A stretch of 58,334 bases of DNA from a bacterium (GTDB lineage: Bacteria > Zhuqueibacterota > Zhuqueibacteria > Oceanimicrobiales > Oceanimicrobiaceae). This document shows, one piece after another, positions 19,801-29,028 of the stretch (positions are counted from its first letter, which is position 1; every line of letters starts with the position of its first letter). The translations under genes and the position numbers were made by a program. The notes below the pieces were generated by a model. That model searched no databases. It was not told the origin of the DNA and saw nothing but the letters and a program-made list of their open reading frames with translations. Location of the stretch: contig JBBIIG010000025.1 in assembly GCA_037446635.1 (NCBI GenBank), positions 1 through 58,334 of the forward strand, given 5' to 3'.

Positions 19801-21501
19801 AAGACGAGGTACGCATATTCTCCCTCCCAGGGTGGAGTTTATTTTATTCGTGTTCGGGAAACGTTGCCAGGCACGCTTGGCCAGGCCTGTGCAGATACAC
19901 TCGAATCGTTCTTTTCGGAGCCCTGTCGCGTGCCGTTCAAAGTGGGCCTGCCACCCGTTGACAATCTGCGGGTGCAGCCCCTGCCTGTTCCGTTGGATTC
20001 AGTAACCGGATGTGTCTTTTTATCATGGGAGTACGATTCCCAAGGCCTTAGTATCGTTTCGTTTGAAGTTACGATTCTGAATAATGGAACACCGATTTTG
20101 CTGCCTCCCCAGGATAGCACAATCGAAATTTGCGGACTGGATACCCTTGAGGAATATATTGCCACCGTGAGCGCCATGGACGAATTCGGCCGGCGCTCAA
20201 CGGGTAACGATAGCATTCCATTTAATTTCAAACCTAAGTGGGTATTTACTCCGGATATTTTCAGTTTCAACCCCGCTTGTTTTCGAAACACTGTAACCGT
20301 TGAGTGGGGCTGGCTGAATGCCGACGAAACTCCAAGCGCCAACCGCCGCGGCGCCGATAGCGTGCAAATTTCTCTCGGCGGCGGGGAGTTCGGGCCCTGG
20401 TTGCCGGCATCTGCTACCGAACACACTTTCACGCTTGGTCAGGATTATTCTGCGCCGGAGAACAAGTTGCTCTGCGCCAGCATTCGCGCGAAGGATCAGT
20501 TTGGGCACATTTCACCTACCTCAACCGTGTATTTCGGTCTCAGGTGCGGCCGTTTTGATGATGTGCCGCCGCCGGCGGTTCATTGTGATGTTGTGCAGGT
20601 GGAACCCCCTGATGTAGGCAGCAACGTCGTAAACGTAACTATCCAATGGCGGGCTGCCATCGATGCCTGTGCTCTTACGGCATTTTATGAGGTTTTTCGA
20701 GATGGGAATCCAATCAAAAAAATAGACGACGACAATCGGCCGATTTATCAATTTACAGATAAAGGACTGGATTTTAATAAAATATTAGATTATCGGTGGC
20801 AGGTGTTTGCAACGGACCGGCTTGGAAACGCTCAACAAAACGCCGAAGCATGCAGCGTTGACGTTTTGCTGAGTCCACCGGATAGTGTGTGGTGCCAGGA
20901 TGATTCTACTTTTTGCTGGTCAGAGAGTAAAATTAATTTGACCAATAAAAAGATTCAATATCGAATCGAAGTTTCCAGCCACCCCGAGAGATTCGGTTTT
21001 TGTGATGCAGCCAGAGAAGATAGCATAACAATATGTTCGGATTGGATTGACGCTACCTGCCACGTTATCCGAAACATAAAACTAAGGACTGTTTATTTCC
21101 AAGTTCAAGCGCGTGTTGACTCGATAGAAAGTTTGCCTTCTAATGTATTTAGTTGCAATATTGATGGCTCTGGGGTCGTTTCTGATTTGCAGCCGCTGCC
21201 CCTTTTGCCCACAGAATATAGTTTAAAACAAAATTATCCGAATCCATTTAACCCATTCACTACGATCGAGTTTTCAGTTCCTGACTTTGAGTTGGGGGGA
21301 GTGAATGTGGTTTTAGAAGTTTTCAATATCAAAGGGCAACTTGTAAAGACCTTATTAAATACACACGTTTTGCCTGGAAATTACAAAATAATTTGGGACG
21401 CTAGTAGTGAAGAGGGTTTGCCCGTTAATAGCGGCCTTTACATTTATCGCATAACAGCCGGTAGCTATATCGCAATAAACAGAATGATCCTGCTTAAGTG
21501 A
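16891..21501 (+). CDS. Large secreted Cys-rich FN3/Ig-repeat protein with FlgD-Ig/T9SS type-A-like CTD; paralog of 2-4297
   Basis: Collinear blocks shared with gene 1 (DLKGRCRP, YRVRAKDVHGNLSAWSDTVSA, RALVGP, GQACAD, FKPKWVFTP, FNPACFR). C-terminus QNYPNPFNP...RMILLK. Confidence 0.88.
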   Translation: MAKKIVRDVLRLGIISFALQIGAPSFGQSVKPVQIILNRNVKPSVIIPVEESVSIQVRVVGRASGVLSLRLKGDRFLAPGWQDQSIHCSGNCTFEQKLILRPDNAQCGRFHLELDAKLVSSNGELLGEENRKIDVEVIPKIVPKPSFSRDSFNEICWLGCGNGAHELFRMDSTNGATLSFLVTDPENCKLVEGLQHARTYKYWVQATGSGFTVESNPVLVTQDNEAPPIVRIHDFSVDARGHVTLRWPFSDALQDRLSYIERYVIERVVRKNTAAVKDTSFTLTFFPMSAVSPASYVPVKPAKDTLLYRDDASTKISTLPPELAQAAMLQTWNQDRWNESDDFLTLRLDDTAYVYVAMDNNIVPRPTWLQTNFDANWSSQTVDLRVSDSRFRVFRSKTLLSGEVTLGGNFASGAASNENLDPKMYVVFVEPVNLEKYPYAANGLIRFTDPIGVDSTTIYYKVNAVDATGNLADGERSPDIIIDLKGRCRPQIVDWFVYEDSTTGQKYGRDLSNTVCVQDPRDDQSCMDFRRSDSLMFEAARKVKNFDSAQNTVLRSPWISATTLCFKFELGPTNFSVNGAEFFYRVRAKDVHGNLSAWSDTVSAIQDAALPGDIGGLQATAKVQVNDCEKGAIELSWLAAVDSASGVKDYDIHRKKEGETEFHPINSTPGDSPFYGDPLSNFDDNMLVSYKIATRDNVGHLREIAQSDQERTVRALVGPKLEIADSTQFKNCAGIVGTNRDTIDVKIIHNRDSVLLYRFETTDPDGKKGQFTVPPDAERVPVPIPGRDGAYKISAVAEFNEGTSTCSIFMINKRKQPTDPVENLRAVQDSSGSGNILVDWTHPDSNNISEYQIRVWPEDQPAEVKTFESPVSHFNYDFEDNMAFTYQCYGFEVRAVDCFGNISSPKDTSQYPKTKPTIVKCDTTSDSIIVFWNRPPRVRPGADVFDSFIEICREVDGVPTECQTFEVPRGKTRYAYSPSQGGVYFIRVRETLPGTLGQACADTLESFFSEPCRVPFKVGLPPVDNLRVQPLPVPLDSVTGCVFLSWEYDSQGLSIVSFEVTILNNGTPILLPPQDSTIEICGLDTLEEYIATVSAMDEFGRRSTGNDSIPFNFKPKWVFTPDIFSFNPACFRNTVTVEWGWLNADETPSANRRGADSVQISLGGGEFGPWLPASATEHTFTLGQDYSAPENKLLCASIRAKDQFGHISPTSTVYFGLRCGRFDDVPPPAVHCDVVQVEPPDVGSNVVNVTIQWRAAIDACALTAFYEVFRDGNPIKKIDDDNRPIYQFTDKGLDFNKILDYRWQVFATDRLGNAQQNAEACSVDVLLSPPDSVWCQDDSTFCWSESKINLTNKKIQYRIEVSSHPERFGFCDAAREDSITICSDWIDATCHVIRNIKLRTVYFQVQARVDSIESLPSNVFSCNIDGSGVVSDLQPLPLLPTEYSLKQNYPNPFNPFTTIEFSVPDFELGGVNVVLEVFNIKGQLVKTLLNTHVLPGNYKIIWDASSEEGLPVNSGLYIYRITAGSYIAINRMILLK

Positions 21502-21521
21502 TCTGTTCGGAGGTTTAGAGA

Positions 21522-23699
21522 GTGATCAAAATTGCAGCTTGTGGTATGTTATTATACTTCACATCTGCGTTATTCTCGCAGACGTGTATCGGGGAAATAT
21601 CTGCTTTAGATAGTATATGGTGGGAGCCATCATATACGAGTGGATTGGCTCAAAATATAGTTTTAGTAGAGTTGCCGCCCCGGGAGACCATTCCATTCAA
21701 CGATAGTGAGATTAAAAGCATTACCCTTTTGGTTCAAGTTATTACAGAAGGCGATACCTTAAAGCCGCCGATCTTAGTGCCAATTACAAATTGGCCACGT
21801 GAACCAATCCCCGTAAGAGTTGAGATAATTTTTAATGAAGGTGCTGAGTATTGCTACCGCGCCAGATTGATTATCGATGTTTGTGAACAGGACCCATGTG
21901 TTCCAGGTGATTCTACTATAAGTTATTGCAGCCCCTTCACAGAAGTAGTCTGTAGTAAACAAGACGCCACGCCGCCATCCGTCAGGCAGCACGGAGAGCT
22001 TCCCGACTGTATAAATCGAAATTCATTTTTTATACCATTCGAAGCGCAGGATCCGATCTCCGGTGCCGTGGACTCTGTTACCCTCTACTATCGCAACACA
22101 CCCGGCACCGAGTGGATTCGCTTCGCCACCAAGAAAATTGACGAAACGCAACCCGTCGTAGTGGACAGCATCCTCTTCGATGCGCAAAACGACGGCTACT
22201 ACGAATTCTACGTCGGCGCCAAAGACACCGCCTGGGCGCCGGACCAACGCCTCGGTCGTGATGGCAACGAAGATATCCCCAACGCCACCTCACCGCCCCT
22301 TTATACCCTGCACGTCGATACGCAGGCGCCGACGTCCTCCGTGCAAGTGATAGACGAAGAACAAACGTCGCTCTGTTTTAAGATTCCTTTCACCGCCGAA
22401 GATCTTGAAAAAGATGGATATAAAAGCGGCCTGAATAGCGTGATTCTTTATTGCCAGTACGAGGATGAGCCAGCGACGCCACGCGATACGTTGACGTTTT
22501 CCTGCGCAAAAAATTCGGTCAGCGGGGAATTCGATTTTCAAGCTGAAAGAGATGGCCGCTACCGGTTCTTCACCCGCGCCAGCGATTGCTGCGGCAACCA
22601 GCAGAACGATTCGCCGCCAATTGGAACGGTGGTGCAGGCCACCCCGCAAATTGAATTTGTGTCTCCTCCACGCGACACCTTCATGTTGGCCGATGACGTG
22701 GCATCCATTATTATTGAATTTGATCGATTGGTTCGGCCAGTAAATAATTGGGGCAGCGCCGTGAGTCTCATCAACCGATACGCCAATGATGCGCCGGTCC
22801 CGTTTGCAACCAATCCGTCTGGGGCTGATTCCACGGTTCGGTTGATAATCATTCCCGAGCGGGTAGACTCCACCGCTTTCTATGAAATTCGAATCGACTC
22901 CGTTCGCAGTTTTGACCCAACCTGCCAGGCTGTGCCCGCGAGTCCCCACACATTTAGCTTTTATACTTTCATGGAAGCGGGCAAAGGCGGCGCCATTTTA
23001 AAGCCGGATCTGACGCTGCGGGTGGATGAACCCGGCCAACCCAAGCAGAACGTGGTGTTCATTTTCGAGCCGGCGCCCCGCGAATGCGAATCGCGCGATG
23101 GCTACCGTCCCCTTTCCGATTCGGGCGTAGCGATTACTGCGCGCGCACAACGCCTTGATGGAAATACAGTTAGCGATATCCCCGGCGCACTTTGTTTGCA
23201 CTACGACTCCGCCAGTAACCTCAGCCCTGGCAGTCTGCGCATTTACCGGGAAATTGAGGGGCATTGCATGCCCGCAGGCAACTCCCGCAACTGGAGTTTG
23301 ATGGGGCAATCAGTGTGCGCCGACAGCATTTCTGATGTGACGGGATTTTTCTCTCTCTACGGGCAAGACCGAGACTCATTGAATCGCTCAGAAATTGCGT
23401 TGCGGAACTATCCCAATCCCTTTGGGGAGGGGGAGTCGCTCACCACCATTACTTACACCTTGAACAGCACGACGGCAAACGCCCTAGCCAGCAATGGTGG
23501 GCGAGTTGCACTGCGGATTTTTGACGTGTTTGGCAATTTAGTGAAAACGTTCACCAATCCCCCTGCCAACGAAGGTGAGAACGCCTGTCCCTGGGATGGC
23601 AGAAACGACCGCGGCCAAAAAGTAGCCAACGGCGGCTACATTGCGGTTCTGGAGTTGGGCGGTCGGAAGGAGATGCGGAAGATCGCGGTGAGGTGGTGA
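21522..23699 (+). CDS. Secreted Ig-like multidomain protein with second-subtype CTD; positional paralog of 4331-7291
   Basis: Signal peptide. N-terminal module EPSYTSG...KQDATPP as in gene 2. SbsA/Big_5-like segment. C-terminus NYPNPF...IFDVFGNLVKTF...WDGRNDRGQKVANGGY...KIAVRW. Confidence 0.8.
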   Translation: MIKIAACGMLLYFTSALFSQTCIGEISALDSIWWEPSYTSGLAQNIVLVELPPRETIPFNDSEIKSITLLVQVITEGDTLKPPILVPITNWPREPIPVRVEIIFNEGAEYCYRARLIIDVCEQDPCVPGDSTISYCSPFTEVVCSKQDATPPSVRQHGELPDCINRNSFFIPFEAQDPISGAVDSVTLYYRNTPGTEWIRFATKKIDETQPVVVDSILFDAQNDGYYEFYVGAKDTAWAPDQRLGRDGNEDIPNATSPPLYTLHVDTQAPTSSVQVIDEEQTSLCFKIPFTAEDLEKDGYKSGLNSVILYCQYEDEPATPRDTLTFSCAKNSVSGEFDFQAERDGRYRFFTRASDCCGNQQNDSPPIGTVVQATPQIEFVSPPRDTFMLADDVASIIIEFDRLVRPVNNWGSAVSLINRYANDAPVPFATNPSGADSTVRLIIIPERVDSTAFYEIRIDSVRSFDPTCQAVPASPHTFSFYTFMEAGKGGAILKPDLTLRVDEPGQPKQNVVFIFEPAPRECESRDGYRPLSDSGVAITARAQRLDGNTVSDIPGALCLHYDSASNLSPGSLRIYREIEGHCMPAGNSRNWSLMGQSVCADSISDVTGFFSLYGQDRDSLNRSEIALRNYPNPFGEGESLTTITYTLNSTTANALASNGGRVALRIFDVFGNLVKTFTNPPANEGENACPWDGRNDRGQKVANGGYIAVLELGGRKEMRKIAVRW

Positions 23700-23730
23700 G
23701 AGAGGTTAGAAATGATAAACGTTAGGTTCT

Positions 23731-25266
23731 ATGACATCTAAGAAGAACAATAACCAGGTAATCATAGAAAGGCTTGAAGAAATTCATCAGATTCTCAAAA
23801 ATAAACAGTATAACACCACGCCCCAAATAGAATTTGAGAACATCCCAACAAGCTTTTCTAGTTATAAATTTATAACAGTTTATAGATTTATTCAAGTAGT
23901 AGGAATTTTCGTTGTAATCATAGTTGCCATTTTAGTTTACTATTTTTTAAAAGGAATAGAATTTCATTCGCGATTCGCACAAATTGATTTACCATCTGTT
24001 CAGCTTTTAGTTTTGGGCAGTATAATTAGCCTCTGTTGTTTTTTTTATTTCTTAGTAGGATATAGGTTCAAACGAAAAAACAAGTATAAAATAAAGATAG
24101 CAATTATCATTTCCGGTGCAATATCCTTATTGTTTATAGAGGTTGTTGCCACATATGATGAAATTCCAGAATCGCTAAGAACAGCAGATATTGTAATCGC
24201 ACAATTTCAGAGTTTAGTTGAATTGCCAATTACCCTTAGTAGCGAGGGGATTGCGTTCCCGGAAGTAATTAATGTAAATGATTTTATTAATGCAAACTTA
24301 CAGAGATTGCTTGTGGAGTTTGGTTTTGCAGAAAGTAAAATACAGAAAGGAATAAAGATTTCTCGTACAAAAAAAATTATCAGAAATCAATCTGAAGCAA
24401 ATCAGTTTTTGGATCAAACGGATGTAACCGCTTTAATTTGGGGATTTAGTTTCATTGCTACGGGACAAGAAAAAATAATCTATCCGCTCATGACCTTTCG
24501 CCCATATCATCGATTAAGGATTTTAGATCCAAAGGCTCAGATACAACATGGCATCTCACAATACGAGCCAATAGTCACCCATGAAAAGGATTTTAAAGAA
24601 TTAGAAATTTGGATTTTGTACATGTTGATGGAGGTTTATTTCAAGAAAAATCAAAATCTTGGAAATGACTTTTTTGTCGAGATCAAGCGGGAATTTCTTT
24701 ATGATTTTTTGGAGTCCGTGATTTTGGATATGGCCACAGAACTTGATTCAGCATCAAAGGAAATAGAAAAATTACGTTTGAAAAAAATGAAGGAAAAGCT
24801 TGAAGTTTACATACACGCTATCATGCCTGATTCTCTAATTAAAGAAAAAGGAATCACTATCTCTGAGAATCCGGACAATTATGATCTTTCCTGGAATCAG
24901 GCAATCAAATTGTTTAATAATATACTAAAGATACCAAACAAACAGAACATTAAGGATGATGATTGGATTCCGGTATTTTCAAAATTAGAAAGGTGTTTAG
25001 TTCTCGAACCCAATGATTTTAATGCTACTTATTACAAAGGCCTTAGTTTGATCGCAAGTGGTAATGTTGATGAGGGAATAAGCTTTTGTTTTAAAGCACT
25101 AAGGATGTCCACAGATCGACAAATTTCTGAGGAAGTGCTCGACGGTGTTAAAAAAAATATATGTGATAATTGGGATAGGGTTAAGGATAAGGGGAAAATT
25201 CGCTCAGAATACAAAGATGAAGTCGAAAAATTAGGACTTAAATTGCCCGAAACGAATCAAGGATGA
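23731..25266 (+). CDS. AT-rich hypothetical membrane protein (3 N-terminal TMs, alpha/beta domain, C-terminal TPR)
   Basis: 511 aa ORF with three hydrophobic stretches and TPR-like LVLEPNDFNATYYKGLSLIASGNVDEG. Confidence 0.65.
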   Translation: MTSKKNNNQVIIERLEEIHQILKNKQYNTTPQIEFENIPTSFSSYKFITVYRFIQVVGIFVVIIVAILVYYFLKGIEFHSRFAQIDLPSVQLLVLGSIISLCCFFYFLVGYRFKRKNKYKIKIAIIISGAISLLFIEVVATYDEIPESLRTADIVIAQFQSLVELPITLSSEGIAFPEVINVNDFINANLQRLLVEFGFAESKIQKGIKISRTKKIIRNQSEANQFLDQTDVTALIWGFSFIATGQEKIIYPLMTFRPYHRLRILDPKAQIQHGISQYEPIVTHEKDFKELEIWILYMLMEVYFKKNQNLGNDFFVEIKREFLYDFLESVILDMATELDSASKEIEKLRLKKMKEKLEVYIHAIMPDSLIKEKGITISENPDNYDLSWNQAIKLFNNILKIPNKQNIKDDDWIPVFSKLERCLVLEPNDFNATYYKGLSLIASGNVDEGISFCFKALRMSTDRQISEEVLDGVKKNICDNWDRVKDKGKIRSEYKDEVEKLGLKLPETNQG

Positions 25267-26870
25267 CGACCCATTTTTTGTTTTTTCTATCTTTTGTAAT
25301 ATTAATGCATTCTCAGTTAAACGCGCAAGATTTTAGAGGCACGGTTTCTGATCGTGATAATAATGCTCTTTCAGACGTTCTTATTTTAACTGAAAGTGGC
25401 TGCAAAAGTACAAGCAACAACGATGGGACATTCTCGACTTTAAATGGTTCACAAAAGTATCTTCTCTACAAACTTGGATATGAAATTAGGGAAGTTCGAG
25501 TTAGTCAAACGACTAATGTCCAGTTAGAAAAATTAGTCCGTAAAACAACCGTTGTGAATGATCAAATATTTACTCCTACGAAGATGTCGATAAGATTGGA
25601 GCTAGCTAGAAAGTTTGCTGAATCACGATTTAATCCTGAATTATACATAGTAGAATTTGACACTTCTAAGCTGATACTCTTTTCTGAATTTAGGATAGAA
25701 GGTGACTATTTAGTATCAAATTTTGATATTAACCCGAATTTCGAAAAAAGGGATAAGCTGCGTGCTTGGGTTATATTAGGCGAACATTATAAACCAATTA
25801 TAAAACCTATTCAAAATAGAACTATCAGAATTACAGAGAATGAGGTTATCAATAGTAGAAAAACTTTGAAGTTTAATCTAACCCTTCTTGACGTAAATGG
25901 AAAACCCGTATCTGGATTTTTAAAATCACGGCATTTTGGGTTTAATGAAAACGATCTTGGGAATCAGTCTATAATAAATGGCAAGGCCTCTTTTAATATA
26001 GATTTTCCTATTGAGAATCATCTTGATGTGACCTATTTCAACGAGGATTTGCATATAGAAAAAAAGATCATTGAGCATGAGTTACTACAGCCATGTTCAA
26101 CGATTTTTTCTAAAGAGATAAAGCTAAACTTTGATTACAACAAAAAATTAATGGATAAAAAGTATAAAGTAGGTAAGATTAAAATTCGTCCGACTATTTT
26201 CGGAGGAAAGGTTCTTAAGTTTGCCCAAAGAATTATTCCTGCTGAACCTATTACAATGCCAAAGAAGGAATCAACAACTTTCAATACGGATTTGCTTACT
26301 GAAATTAATCTGAAACAGCCCAAAAAGGAGTTTGTTTTTAATGTAAGTAAACCTAAAAATAACTTTAAAGACTTTTATCTCATTAGTTCGATCCTGAATT
26401 TTGAAAAGATTGGGGGTTCGAGATTTAATTTGCGGACGAAAATTTCTTGGGTTGCTGGGACATTCGGTTTTGGTCTTACTTTTAATCCAATTTATAGCCT
26501 TTCAAACCGGTTTAATTTTTATTTCAGCGGTTTTTTCATTAATCATGGCGCTAATTTACAAAATAAAGTTAATGGTTCTCTTGAAATATTAATAGGAGGA
26601 CGGAGAGGATTAGGCAAATCAGAATCAAAAATTGATAATGGAAAGTTGATGTTGGATTTCCAGGTCGGTTATAAATGGATTTCTTTTGTTGATATCGAAA
26701 ATCGCTATCATTTTAAGCCAATTCGGATGGGACGCCTCGGGGTTGAATACGCTTTGAAAAAGAAAATTCAATTTTTTACTCTTCGTTCACTAATACTACA
26801 TTATAGTCGTGATTTCGATAATGTTTTTAAACATAATATACTCTTCGCATTGAAATTTCCTTTAAAGTAG
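25263..26870 (+). CDS. AT-rich exported protein with N-terminal carboxypeptidase-regulatory-like domain and possible C-terminal beta-barrel
   Basis: Signal peptide. FRGTVSDRDNNALSDVLI...STSNNDGTF...KLGYE. Amphipathic strands at the C-terminus. ATGA overlap with the previous gene. Confidence 0.6.
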   Translation: MTTHFLFFLSFVILMHSQLNAQDFRGTVSDRDNNALSDVLILTESGCKSTSNNDGTFSTLNGSQKYLLYKLGYEIREVRVSQTTNVQLEKLVRKTTVVNDQIFTPTKMSIRLELARKFAESRFNPELYIVEFDTSKLILFSEFRIEGDYLVSNFDINPNFEKRDKLRAWVILGEHYKPIIKPIQNRTIRITENEVINSRKTLKFNLTLLDVNGKPVSGFLKSRHFGFNENDLGNQSIINGKASFNIDFPIENHLDVTYFNEDLHIEKKIIEHELLQPCSTIFSKEIKLNFDYNKKLMDKKYKVGKIKIRPTIFGGKVLKFAQRIIPAEPITMPKKESTTFNTDLLTEINLKQPKKEFVFNVSKPKNNFKDFYLISSILNFEKIGGSRFNLRTKISWVAGTFGFGLTFNPIYSLSNRFNFYFSGFFINHGANLQNKVNGSLEILIGGRRGLGKSESKIDNGKLMLDFQVGYKWISFVDIENRYHFKPIRMGRLGVEYALKKKIQFFTLRSLILHYSRDFDNVFKHNILFALKFPLK

Positions 26871-26881
26871 GAATAAGTTGA

Positions 26882-28909
26882 ATGTATCAAAGAGTGCTTA
26901 ATCTCACCGCGGTAGTTTTTTATCTAACAATCATTGCTGCCTTTTCACATGCCCAAACCGGCGGCACCGCCGGCGAATTCCTCCGCTACGGCGTGGGCGC
27001 GAAGGCGCTGGCCAAAGGCCGTATTTTCACCGGCATTGCGGATGACGTGAGCGCCATCTATTGGAACCCTGCCGGATTGGCTCAGCTTAATCAACTTTAT
27101 GTCGGGGCCATGCAGTCGCAACTGTATTTTGATACGCAATATTTTTTCACGGGTCTGGCTACTCCGTTGTTTTTTTCAGAGCAATCAAAAATTCGTCATA
27201 CCTTTGGGTTGGGCTTCGTTCTGTTAAAAAACGAGGGTTTCGAGCTGGTAGATCGTTTCGATCAATCGGAGGGCTCGTTCAACATCAATGAGTTCGCGTT
27301 GAGCGGTTCGTATGCCGTCAATCTGGTGGGCAAGCGCGGCAACCTCAATTTTGGGTTCGCGCCGATCTATTTCCGACAAGATATTCAGGGAGAAAGTGGC
27401 GGCGGCTGGGGCTTTAATGCGGGACTCCTGTATCAGCCCATTTTTCCGGGCCGGGCGACCTTAATAGGGCTGTTGCCTTTGAAATACATCATGCCCTGGC
27501 GCTTCGGCGTCAATTATCGCTGGTTGGGGTCGTTGAAGATGGGCAACGAGTCTCGAGATTACGGCAACTCGTTCAACTTCGGCATCAGCAACACGGCGTT
27601 TGAGGACATCCTCGACTGGCTGATTATCGGCGCCGACCCCCTGGCGAAGCTGCCCATCAAAATCCAATTCCCTGCTTACGAATTGGAAAAAGTCGAGGGC
27701 CGCAAAGCCGAGCACCGGCTGGGCGGCGAAGTGAGATGGCGCTTGGGGAACCTGGCGATTCTTAGCGGTCGCGCCGGCTACCGTTTTGGCCGCGAAGATT
27801 TTGAAAATAAATTTAACTGGGGCCTTGGTGTGCAAACCGACGCCGAATCTGGCTTTCCCATGGGAATCGATGTCGATTTCAGCTTGATTGATCATCCGGT
27901 GCTGGGCAGCGCCAACCAGTTTTATGTCACGCTGCGGCTTACGGACTGGTTGCGCAACGTGCGCCGAGTGCAGAAGCGCGACCCAACTGGCATCCCTGAA
28001 TCCCAACTCTGGTCGCTGCTTTCCTATTATCCGTTTGATGATCGCGTCGTGAAAGAGGGAGACGGTTTTGACGTGGCTTACAAGGAAATAATTGCCGACA
28101 AGCTGCACCAAATCGCCAAAGAAAAAGACGATAGGTTTGTGCGCGATCGCCTCTGCGATTTTATGGGCGGGTTATGCGACATTGAGGCCCCGGCGATCGC
28201 TTGCGACATAAAAGTAAACCAAGAATTGGTCCAAGATTTTCTTGATAAGTTTCGCGATCGCGAGGCGGATCTCAACAAGCCCGGTTACTTCGATAAATTG
28301 CAACTTTACCTAAAAGGATTGCTGTGGGCCGGAGAAAATCGGAGGGTTGTTAATATTGTCACCGGCAAAGATTCACTGATTTCGAATGCCAGGTTTGCTG
28401 AGAACGAGCAGAGGCGAAACTTTTTTATAGCCTACGCCAGCAAAGAGCCGAGGGATATACAGAGATACAATACTGAAAACGCGTATGAAAAAAATTTCCT
28501 GAAACTAACTGAAGCGGTTTATACGGGCAACGCCGAGCCGGTGGTTGATTTACTCACTAGTAATCGCCGGGAAGTTTTTCTTAACCAAAATCAGTATGAG
28601 CCATTTCCGTTCCTATGTGATGGTATTTTGGCGGATGATATCATGTTCGTGAAGGCAGTACAAGCCTCCCGCGCCTTACTTGATGCCAAAGCCGATTCTA
28701 TCCGAAATTTATTTTTACCCATTGTATTTGAGCTCCCACACTCGGATCTAGGGCGGGTTATTGCAAGCAAGCTGAGGGAACTGAACGATGCGAAGGATGA
28801 CGTTGCCGCCACCAGACAAATATTTGAAAAATTATGGGAACGCTATCGCGCTCTATTTTTATCGAATCAAGCGATTTCGGAGTCGAGCTTAAGGGTTGCG
28901 TCAAATTAA
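26882..28909 (+). CDS. PorV/PorQ-family beta-barrel with helical C-terminal extension; paralog of 7484-9559
   Basis: AGEFLRYGVGAKALAKGRIFTGIADDVSAIYWNPAGL. Shared C-terminal motif D..LADDIMFVKA...LPHSDLG. Confidence 0.82.
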   Translation: MYQRVLNLTAVVFYLTIIAAFSHAQTGGTAGEFLRYGVGAKALAKGRIFTGIADDVSAIYWNPAGLAQLNQLYVGAMQSQLYFDTQYFFTGLATPLFFSEQSKIRHTFGLGFVLLKNEGFELVDRFDQSEGSFNINEFALSGSYAVNLVGKRGNLNFGFAPIYFRQDIQGESGGGWGFNAGLLYQPIFPGRATLIGLLPLKYIMPWRFGVNYRWLGSLKMGNESRDYGNSFNFGISNTAFEDILDWLIIGADPLAKLPIKIQFPAYELEKVEGRKAEHRLGGEVRWRLGNLAILSGRAGYRFGREDFENKFNWGLGVQTDAESGFPMGIDVDFSLIDHPVLGSANQFYVTLRLTDWLRNVRRVQKRDPTGIPESQLWSLLSYYPFDDRVVKEGDGFDVAYKEIIADKLHQIAKEKDDRFVRDRLCDFMGGLCDIEAPAIACDIKVNQELVQDFLDKFRDREADLNKPGYFDKLQLYLKGLLWAGENRRVVNIVTGKDSLISNARFAENEQRRNFFIAYASKEPRDIQRYNTENAYEKNFLKLTEAVYTGNAEPVVDLLTSNRREVFLNQNQYEPFPFLCDGILADDIMFVKAVQASRALLDAKADSIRNLFLPIVFELPHSDLGRVIASKLRELNDAKDDVAATRQIFEKLWERYRALFLSNQAISESSLRVASN

Positions 28910-29028
28910 CCAATTCAAAAATAAACATTGAAGCACACTGAAAAATACCGAATCCTGACGACATGTGTTCAGTGTGTTTCGATGTAGAATTCATAACTTC
29001 ACAATTAGGGAAATCGAGGAGAGGGTAT

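Noticed and set aside
23731..26870. Prophage or IS origin for the AT-rich segment
   Set aside because: No integrase, transposase or att-like repeats; the genes are coupled within the operon.
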